Virus record (IMG/VR): IMGVR_UViG_3300042938_000405
Location: 1-34,097 of that record
Source: a virus
Taxonomy: Duplodnaviria; Caudoviricetes
Reading direction: 5' to 3' (one strand)
Length of the DNA: 34,097 nt
Below, piece by piece: positions 27,017-34,097 of the stretch. Within the stretch, counting starts at the first letter, position 1; every line of letters begins with the position of its first letter. Under the pieces are notes generated by a model. It was not told the DNA's origin. It searched no databases and worked only from the letters and a program-made list of their open reading frames with translations. Made by a program: the position numbers and the translations under genes.

Positions 27017-27778
27017 AGGACTTACCTCCTTTTGCATCTTAATTGCACTAATGCCTTTTGCACTATCAACTAAGAACTTTATCATTTTATCTTTGTCTGT
27101 ATCAGACTTTTCAACAAAACCTATATTTTTCATCTGACTTCCACTTGTAGGACTTAATTCAAAATCATTATCTGAAATCATAATTAGTCCAGATTCTTTA
27201 TCCCAAAAAACATTTTCTACGGCTAAATCGGCAATATCGCCTTTCATAATGTTTACGCCGTCAACTTTTTCAATTGATACAACACTAGCAAATTGATTTG
27301 CTGGACTATCGACAAGGGATAGTTCAAATAAATCATAATCTTTAATAATTCTAATTGGGCGATCTACCTTTTCATCATATCCATCATCCCATTTATTCAT
27401 AATTCCACCGATTGAAAATCCAGAAAGGGTGCCATCTAAAACCTTTTCCCAAGTGTTTTGCGCTCCTTTTGAAACGTAAGCAGAAACAAAAACTCCTGAG
27501 TAAAACTTTTTTGAGTCGGCATCAAAGTACTTATCTTCTTTAAATGAAACCATCTTGCCAACTGCAGATGGTTGATGCATTTCTCTTATATTTCCTTTAA
27601 AAGCAGCAAATGCTTTTATGCTTGCATCGCTTGTTACAATGTCATTTTGTTTGTCTAAATTATCAAGAGTTGCAAATCCCGAAACAATTCTGCGCTCTTG
27701 ATCAATCTTTGAGATTGGCATAGACAATCTAAGATTGTTGCCATCCGATTTCCAATGCGCTTTATTAATGATATCCAT
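26480..27778 (-). CDS. Prohead maturation protease (HK97/XkdF-like) fused to scaffold (432 aa)
   Basis: IREMH (His), GFSIGG (Ser), ELSLVDSPAN; acidic/coiled-coil C-terminal part; between portal and capsid. Confidence 0.9.
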   Translation of the reverse strand: MDIINKAHWKSDGNNLRLSMPISKIDQERRIVSGFATLDNLDKQNDIVTSDASIKAFAAFKGNIREMHQPSAVGKMVSFKEDKYFDADSKKFYSGVFVSAYVSKGAQNTWEKVLDGTLSGFSIGGIMNKWDDGYDEKVDRPIRIIKDYDLFELSLVDSPANQFASVVSIEKVDGVNIMKGDIADLAVENVFWDKESGLIMISDNDFELSPTSGSQMKNIGFVEKSDTDKDKMIKFLVDSAKGISAIKMQKEVSPMTEETTNVVDNVEVVPEATETVVTKSVDAEVAETVAVETNEAVVETEIVKSEEVVETVEKTEEIAKSDDTAVEAIAEIKNTLANAFGDLTAMVKSLNEETVLSLQAQIADLSKSIQNISGEVKEVKDSYNEFGKRVDAVEQDTAFRKSGDLGEIVQEPEMVQKSIWGGRFLTDSDLFK

Positions 27779-27787
27779 ATCCTTACT

Positions 27788-27796
27788 ATTATACCA
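27788..27796 (-). promoter_or_regulatory. Extended -10 promoter TGGTATAAT
   Basis: Perfect match 9 nt before ATG 27778. Confidence 0.72.
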
Positions 27797-27815
27797 ACTA
27801 TTTTAATACTTTTTA

Positions 27816-29423
27816 TTAATTAGAAGATCTGCCTTCGCCTTGTGCATTTCTTCCAGAAATTGTGGATGGGCTATCAGAATTATTGTTTGCTCTTTGTGAA
27901 TCTCTTTCTCTATTCCCTGCTAAGTTTGCTCTAGCATCTGTTTCTTGTCTTGGACTCATTTCAAATGGGATATCTCCATCTTTAATTTGTGGCAATCCAA
28001 GTTTCTCTCTTGCTTCATTTGGCATCATTACTTGGGTTTTAACATACCGTTCAAGAATTTGAGACTGAGCAATTTCATCGGTAAGCGTAAGTTCGTTAAA
28101 TTTAAGTTCAAGAATGTCGGTTTTTTCACGAACAATTTTGCTAATTAGTTTTGATATTTCGTTCTGTGCTGGACGAGAAACCTGTTCTTTAAATGTACGA
28201 TCTTGTGCCAGTGCGTTAGCAATTGACCCAGAATCTCCCCCACCTAATTTAGACAATGGCACTTGATGGGCTACTAAAATATCATTTCTATTTTGAAGTC
28301 TGTATTCTTTAAAAGATCCTTCTTGAACGCCATTTTCAATTGGCTTCATGTCAAACTCAACCTTACTATTTTCAGTATCTCCTGGAAGCGGAATATACAA
28401 AGTTCTGTGAGACTGACCCTTTAATCCAGTTTGTAAAAATCTAAACATTTTGTCTTCTGCATCTGCACTTAACTTAGCACCTTTAAGTGTAATGATGTAT
28501 CTTGGCACTGCCTTGTTTTCAAAATAATCAATATTGTAGTTTGATGCAAGTTGATCACCAATAAGTGAAGAGAGGGCTGAAATAATATCTGGAACTCCAT
28601 AATAAGTATTTAATGGAGAGTATTGTTTAAAATGAATAACCTCATTTGGTCTCGTATCTGTTGTTACAGGATTTTGATTCTTTGCCCCAAAATTTCTAAA
28701 GTATGTAACTGATGGCTGAATAATCTGAACATATCCGTCATTTAATCTGCGAACACGCATTGTTGTTGATGGAATATGACCAATGTAACCAATCTCTCCT
28801 GTTACTTTACGACCAATTTCCATGTATCCATTTCCAGTTGCCTGTACATCTACATAAATTTTTTCCATAATTTTTGTAAAACTGTCGTCATCGTTAAGGT
28901 TTTCTAACCAATCACGCATTTCAATTTTTGCTCTTTCAATTCTTTTACGAGCACGACCAAGAGAATTTTCATCTTCAACATTTTCAAGTTTTAGCATGGT
29001 ACGTGAAGAAACAACAAAATCATAACCAAGACCAACAACATTCTCTACTTTAGCGTCAATCGCAGCATGGTTTGCAAAAGATGTATCGTAAAAGTTTGCC
29101 AATTCATAAAGGTTGTAAGGAGGTGTAATTACATCAAAAAGTCCATAACCATTTCTAACTGCTGTTCCTGGATTTATGGCTTTTGATTTTGTATTATCTG
29201 TACCAGACTGAACTGCATTTGCGCTATCTAAATATGCGGAAGTTGGATCTACTGCCTTGCCAAGAGTACGAGCAGTGCGCCTTTTAAAATTTTGATCAAG
29301 ATTGTTTAAATTTTTAATAAAATCCCAGTTTTTATTAAAAGGATCGTTCTTTTTAAATTCATCCTCTTTGTCTGCAAGATTATCAATACTTGCTCCAAGA
29401 TAGTACTCTTCTTCATCAATCAT
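27816..29423 (-). CDS. Portal protein (535 aa)
   Basis: TGNGYMEI, NEVIHFKQYSPLNTYYGVP, YFENKAVP, ILVAHQVP, MMPNEAREKLGL are HK97/PBSX-type portal motifs; start moved to ATG 29423 (SD AAGGAG 10 nt upstream, versus 1 nt for 29432). Confidence 0.94.
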   Translation of the reverse strand: MIDEEEYYLGASIDNLADKEDEFKKNDPFNKNWDFIKNLNNLDQNFKRRTARTLGKAVDPTSAYLDSANAVQSGTDNTKSKAINPGTAVRNGYGLFDVITPPYNLYELANFYDTSFANHAAIDAKVENVVGLGYDFVVSSRTMLKLENVEDENSLGRARKRIERAKIEMRDWLENLNDDDSFTKIMEKIYVDVQATGNGYMEIGRKVTGEIGYIGHIPSTTMRVRRLNDGYVQIIQPSVTYFRNFGAKNQNPVTTDTRPNEVIHFKQYSPLNTYYGVPDIISALSSLIGDQLASNYNIDYFENKAVPRYIITLKGAKLSADAEDKMFRFLQTGLKGQSHRTLYIPLPGDTENSKVEFDMKPIENGVQEGSFKEYRLQNRNDILVAHQVPLSKLGGGDSGSIANALAQDRTFKEQVSRPAQNEISKLISKIVREKTDILELKFNELTLTDEIAQSQILERYVKTQVMMPNEAREKLGLPQIKDGDIPFEMSPRQETDARANLAGNRERDSQRANNNSDSPSTISGRNAQGEGRSSN

Positions 29424-29784
29424 CGGAACCATGCTCCTTTATTGTTTGCTGTGCTGCATGAACTGCGCCCAAATCATTCATATTAGGAATGAGTCCTTCT
29501 TTCATTCTGGCAATCTGCTCAGAGTATTCCATCTCACTTACACGGTTTACACCAGGATGAAAAACTGGTTTTCCTTCTGGCTGACCCCAATATTCTGCTG
29601 CTTTGCGTAATTCCATGATTTTTTCAAGATCACCTTTACGTGCAGGAATGTTTAAAAGGTTTCCGTGACCATCTCCAAAGACCTTGCCATTAGGTTTTTC
29701 CCAGAAATACAAACCCCAGTCATAGTTTTTTTCAATAAGTTTGATCTTGGACTTACCAACTTCTCCTGGTTTTTTCTCTCTCAT
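29416..29784 (-). CDS. Hypothetical protein upstream of portal (about 122 aa)
   Basis: Coupled to the portal by overlap; start at 29784 preferred because it is 7 nt after a promoter motif (track start 29790). Confidence 0.75.
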   Translation of the reverse strand: MREKKPGEVGKSKIKLIEKNYDWGLYFWEKPNGKVFGDGHGNLLNIPARKGDLEKIMELRKAAEYWGQPEGKPVFHPGVNRVSEMEYSEQIARMKEGLIPNMNDLGAVHAAQQTIKEHGSDD

Positions 29785-29791
29785 AACCATT

Positions 29792-29800
29792 AGTATACCA
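29792..29800 (-). promoter_or_regulatory. Extended -10 promoter TGGTATACT, leaderless
   Basis: Fills the short intergenic gap; no SD present. Confidence 0.65.
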
Positions 29801-29802
29801 TA

Positions 29803-32800
29803 TTATGCTACAGTTGATATAGAACTTTGCCAAGTGGCGTCTTTAAATACCTTCAAATAGTCAGTCTCCATATAAATACCTTCATTGTCATCTACAATAA
29901 TTTTATTTGTGCCAACGTAATTCTTATAAACCTCTGCAGGATTAACAATATACCTGCTGTCCCTACTCTTAACTAAAACGTTATCCCAATTTGAATCGTC
30001 CCAATAGTTCCAATTTTGATCGTTTATTTCTCCCCACGTTCTAAACAAAATCTGTTGTTCAAGTTGTGAATTGGTTCCTTTATAAAAAGATATGTTATTA
30101 AAAGTCATTAGATGTTTTAAATTTATTTTTCCATTGTAAGAATTTAAATTAAGGTTAACTGGAAAAGACATACCTAAAACTGCCCATCTTTGAATTGACA
30201 TAGTTGGCTCTGCCACATAAAGTCCATCTAAATAATAATACAATTCTGTAAATGGTAGGCCATCAGATTTTGTTTTAGCAGAAATAGTTGCTCTGTCTGC
30301 ATTCAACGAGTTGGCTTGAATATAAAATTCTATTGTATCGTTTGCATACTCTATTTCAAATATTAAAACTGGATCTTCAGGAAATGCCCATAAATCTGAC
30401 CTAATAAACATTTGAATAGCACTTAAAGAATACTTAAGGTCTAAGCCTGGATTAATGTCAATACTGAATCCACGACTTAAATTGTTTAGTCCGTCTCTTA
30501 ATTCAATCCCGCTTTTTCTTGTAAGATATAAATATGGAACACTCTCTTTGTCAATAACATATGGATTTACTCCTTTGTAATCAGCAACACCACTTGCCAA
30601 TTTGTATGGAATTAAATCTATTCCATATCTACTTGTTACTGGATTTGAATCATTTGCATTTAAACTTTTTGCTGCAAACTCTATTTTTCTTAAAGAAAGT
30701 TTATTATGTAATATACCAAACACTTTAAACCTAATGGAGTAAACCATTGATATAGTGTTAAAATCAATATTTTTTGATGGATAAATTAAATAATTATCAA
30801 CAATTTCAAACCTTTCAGTTTGCCAATCCGCTTCAGTATTTAAATTTAATATTCTTTTTTTAATTGCTGGGTTTGTTGTTGCATAGTCTGAGTCTGTCTG
30901 CGTAATGCCTTGAGAAATATCTTGAAAAGTAACATATACTCTTACGTTTGAATCGTTAGTATTTAATGAATCGGAATTGTCTACCCAATAGGTGTCTCCC
31001 TCTTCTTTTACTTCAGATGGTGCTGGATAGTCAATATTAAACTGAATAAAATCAATATCTGTTATAGTTTCTTCGTCTTCATCTAAAACATCTTTTGCAA
31101 GTACTGATAGTGGAATATAATCTTCCCAATAACCAAAAACTGAAATATCAATAAAAAACTTTCCATAATCTTCAAAAGAAAATAAGGTATAACTAGAAAC
31201 ATGATTAATGGTAGAGTTTGCAAAATTAAAAGTTCCATCATCGTAGAAGTATGAGTCTAGCGTAAAAGATGTATGCTTATATGTATTAATTCCAACATTA
31301 TATATATTTCCAGTAAACATATTTTCTTTATTTGGTTGGCTTCCAATATATAGTTTTAATGATCCTGGATTTGCAAAAAATTGAGCAAGCCCACCTGTTG
31401 TATTGTTTGCAATTAATTTTGAAATTTGAATTCCGGCAGTAAAAGTTGTAACGGGACAAGTATGCGATCTAATCGTAGTTGAAACTCCAGCATAAGTAAA
31501 AACATAATTTAGTAGAGTAGATTCTTTTTTAATGGCAAAACTGTTTACTCCGTCTGTTATGTACAAGAACATAGCATTTTGATTTTCTTCTAATTTAAAT
31601 GTTCCAACAATAGAATCTATAGTGTTTGAAATAAACGAAAGATTTTCAAAATATATATAAGAATTTGTGTCCCAGGTTCCGGATGGTTTCAAACTAAAAA
31701 ATTTTGACCCTGTGGTTTGAATCAATTTATTAGCAGCCTCTAGTTCAGTTATAGTTTTATTTTCAGGTAGAACAAAGTTAGGCAATTGATAGTCTGGGGT
31801 TTTAAGTGTTGATATTCCAGGAATCAAATTATCCTCAATTCCAGAATCCCAAGACCTTGTAGTTGGATATGTAACGTTATTGCTATATCCTGCAAATGGA
31901 TAGTCTATTTCTACTGTTGATCCACCATAATAATTATCTATAATTTCTGGTGTTGTTGGTATACCCTGACCTAAAATATAATGAACTTTTGCTGCATTTG
32001 TTGAAATAGAATATGGATATAAAGAAATACAATCAATCTTAATTTGATCCACATATGTTTCATATGCATAGAAAGCAATCCAGTCATTACTTTCGGTTGT
32101 GTGTATTTCATCATATTGTGAAGGAAGATTCATTAACAATGTATCAAATATTAATGATCCAACCTCTTCACCATTAACTAAAAGAATTGCCTTATTTTTA
32201 ATAAGTTTAATATGAATAAGCATTGGTCTATACCATTCGCCAACAAAATGTGAAATAAAATTTCCATCAATTGCCAAAGTTAAAAAACAATCTTTTACAT
32301 ATAGACCATCTGTTGATCCTATTGGTCCCAAAATTCTTTTTGCATCTGATGTATTTACATCTGCCTGCAACCAAACCTCTAAAGTATAATCATTGTGTCT
32401 ACCAGATTCATTTAAAAATCCATAGCCTGGAAAAATAAAAGATGGTTGAGTATTTGTAATTAAATCTGCTTCATCTACAAAATAATTTATATCTGTCCAA
32501 GAGTCTTCTGTATTTTTCCAATAAGACCAACTTTCTTCAGCAACCTGTTCCCAAGTTCTATAATCAATTATTTCTGAGTGTGGGATTAACTGAACTGCTC
32601 TGTCTGATCCATAAACAAGCGGTACACCAAAATTTTTACCAGCCAAAGAATTGTTGTCAACAACATAATATCCGCTATTTGCATTAAGACCATAAGCATT
32701 TGCTTCAACTACTCCATCTAAAGATAAATTAATAGTTGCTGGACTTGAAAGTTTTGTTTGACCTAATGATGTTGCATTAAACTCTTCACTGTGTTGACCT

Positions 32801-33375
32801 GCAGTAATCCCATTAAAATGAATATTATAATCTGCAATAGTTGCTCCTCCTGGAGAGGAAACAACTTTTATAACAAATTTAAATTCTTTGTCAAGGTCTG
32901 GAAAAGTAAATGTTGCTGAAATTGGAGTCCAAACTTCTGATTCAATAATTGTAAAATCTTTAAACTGTGATCCTCCATCATACTCATAACCAATAGATAT
33001 TGAAACAATGTTTGCACTTGCTGTATAGTAGTATGTGCTTAAAGCAAAAGTTTGTAGTGTAGGATTTAAAGATTGAAAATTTACCAAGTTTGGACTTTTT
33101 ATATAGTATGTTGTATTTGTACTAGAAGGAAGCGTTGATCTAAAAACTTTGCGATAACTATCTGGAAATGGTTGAACTTGGTTTTCTCCATTAAAAACTG
33201 GAGTTGATCCAGCAATAACTGTCCCACCTGTTAATGTCCAGTTGGTGGCATTACTAATATCCCTTTGTGCTTCTGATATTAAAGAGATATAGTCTGCTGA
33301 ATCATCTAATGGCCAAATTGCAAGCGGATGCTCGGCAAAAATTTTTTCGGCATATAAATTAGAAGGAGTATTCAT
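29803..33375 (-). CDS. Large putative virion protein (1190 aa) with LamG/ConA-like and CBM-like beta sandwiches
   Basis: HPLAIWPLDD start, YTLEVWL...IHIKL...LLVNGEEV...IDCISLY (LamG-like), WTPISATFT (CBM4/9-like); aromatic, Asn/Ser/Thr-rich. Confidence 0.65.
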   Translation of the reverse strand: MNTPSNLYAEKIFAEHPLAIWPLDDSADYISLISEAQRDISNATNWTLTGGTVIAGSTPVFNGENQVQPFPDSYRKVFRSTLPSSTNTTYYIKSPNLVNFQSLNPTLQTFALSTYYYTASANIVSISIGYEYDGGSQFKDFTIIESEVWTPISATFTFPDLDKEFKFVIKVVSSPGGATIADYNIHFNGITAGQHSEEFNATSLGQTKLSSPATINLSLDGVVEANAYGLNANSGYYVVDNNSLAGKNFGVPLVYGSDRAVQLIPHSEIIDYRTWEQVAEESWSYWKNTEDSWTDINYFVDEADLITNTQPSFIFPGYGFLNESGRHNDYTLEVWLQADVNTSDAKRILGPIGSTDGLYVKDCFLTLAIDGNFISHFVGEWYRPMLIHIKLIKNKAILLVNGEEVGSLIFDTLLMNLPSQYDEIHTTESNDWIAFYAYETYVDQIKIDCISLYPYSISTNAAKVHYILGQGIPTTPEIIDNYYGGSTVEIDYPFAGYSNNVTYPTTRSWDSGIEDNLIPGISTLKTPDYQLPNFVLPENKTITELEAANKLIQTTGSKFFSLKPSGTWDTNSYIYFENLSFISNTIDSIVGTFKLEENQNAMFLYITDGVNSFAIKKESTLLNYVFTYAGVSTTIRSHTCPVTTFTAGIQISKLIANNTTGGLAQFFANPGSLKLYIGSQPNKENMFTGNIYNVGINTYKHTSFTLDSYFYDDGTFNFANSTINHVSSYTLFSFEDYGKFFIDISVFGYWEDYIPLSVLAKDVLDEDEETITDIDFIQFNIDYPAPSEVKEEGDTYWVDNSDSLNTNDSNVRVYVTFQDISQGITQTDSDYATTNPAIKKRILNLNTEADWQTERFEIVDNYLIYPSKNIDFNTISMVYSIRFKVFGILHNKLSLRKIEFAAKSLNANDSNPVTSRYGIDLIPYKLASGVADYKGVNPYVIDKESVPYLYLTRKSGIELRDGLNNLSRGFSIDINPGLDLKYSLSAIQMFIRSDLWAFPEDPVLIFEIEYANDTIEFYIQANSLNADRATISAKTKSDGLPFTELYYYLDGLYVAEPTMSIQRWAVLGMSFPVNLNLNSYNGKINLKHLMTFNNISFYKGTNSQLEQQILFRTWGEINDQNWNYWDDSNWDNVLVKSRDSRYIVNPAEVYKNYVGTNKIIVDDNEGIYMETDYLKVFKDATWQSSISTVA

Positions 33376-33384
33376 TATTACTCT

Positions 33385-33393
33385 ATTTTACCA
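33385..33393 (-). promoter_or_regulatory. Extended -10 promoter TGGTAAAAT
   Basis: 9 nt before ATG 33375 in a 33-nt gap. Confidence 0.65.
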
Positions 33394-33408
33394 CACTAAG
33401 GCTTAATT

Positions 33409-34097
33409 TTAGTTGCTAGTTTCTAATTTTATTTCACAGTAATCTGTTGTGCAATACATTTCTCCAACGGAATCAAGATTCTCAATACCGTCATAAATTG
33501 CATCAAAGTTAATATGAGCAACCTTTCCAACATAACCATCGTACTCTTCTTTAGTGATTTGTGTGTATGGCTGTTGTGGATAAGTGTGATTTCCCATTGG
33601 AAGGAAAGAAACTGCTTTCAATTGACCCTCGTACATATGAAGTGCTGGAGCAATATGTTTTGTTTCTGTTTCTTTGTCAAAAGATAAAGTCACAGACACT
33701 CCATTATCTGACCAATATTTTTGTGTAGTTGCAGCAAGACCAATCTTTTCAAACAAACTTACATCTTTCTCTGATCTTGGATGTCCTGAAGATACTGGGA
33801 AATATACTACACTAGTATTTGCTGATACTAAATCATCTTCAATTTTATACCCTGCCGCTTTAAATAAATGTAGCATTGGATCTGTATTTCCAAAACGAAT
33901 TGCACGTAAGAAATATTCTCCACCAACAGACCAGTGAACTCCTGGAGATGCTCCAGAAAGTAATGAAACTGATCCTGAAGGTTTTACTGTAGTTACACGA
34001 ATTGATTCACGAACACATAGCCATTCTGAATACTGCTTGTCGTAGTGACGAATCTTATTGTATCCTTCGTCCATCCATTCTCTGGTTGTTGGCATTC
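33409..34097 (-). CDS. nrdJ: Class II adenosylcobalamin-dependent ribonucleotide reductase, C-terminal part (5' end outside window)
   Basis: TTVKPSGSVSLLSGASPGVH, WSDNGVSVT, LKAVSFLP, YPQQPYTQIT and C-terminal redox pair CTTDYC, as in monomeric RTPR enzymes. Confidence 0.92.
   Translation of the reverse strand, partial: MPTTREWMDEGYNKIRHYDKQYSEWLCVRESIRVTTVKPSGSVSLLSGASPGVHWSVGGEYFLRAIRFGNTDPMLHLFKAAGYKIEDDLVSANTSVVYFPVSSGHPRSEKDVSLFEKIGLAATTQKYWSDNGVSVTLSFDKETETKHIAPALHMYEGQLKAVSFLPMGNHTYPQQPYTQITKEEYDGYVGKVAHINFDAIYDGIENLDSVGEMYCTTDYCEIKLETSN

Noticed and set aside
26781-27137. 118-aa Ser/Thr-rich plus-strand ORF
   Set aside because: Antisense of the Glu/Val/Thr-rich scaffold region.

Overview
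AT-rich fragment of a large tailed dsDNA phage (Caudoviricetes; siphovirus-like, since there is a tail tube and a long tape measure but no sheath gene). All credible genes are on the minus strand and tightly packed, often by TAATG/TAGTG/ATGA stop-start overlaps. In transcription order (right to left) the window holds: the 3' end of a class II (B12-dependent) ribonucleotide reductase, a 1190-aa lectin-like virion protein, portal, prohead protease with a nested scaffold, major capsid, head-tail joining genes, tail tube, two paralogous tail assembly chaperones, a 3084-aa tape measure protein (TMP), tail-tip genes, then a Zn-ribbon protein, a MerR-like HTH protein, DnaB helicase and the 5' end of a primase that the ORF track missed. 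Recurrent extended -10 promoters (TGnTAnAnT), several leaderless, suggest a low-GC actinobacterial host (inference). The most striking observation is the TMP: copies of a GG..DTVPAMLTPGEFV..LNKGG repeat bracket inserted cargo, one of which has the motif order of a PI3K/PI4K/HipA-like kinase, suggesting a modular virion-delivered effector system. Second, the usual G/GT frameshift pair appears to be replaced by two separate paralogous genes, each with its own promoter. No tRNA, CRISPR, integrase, terminase or lysin was recognised. All family assignments come from motif recognition by eye, not from database searches.
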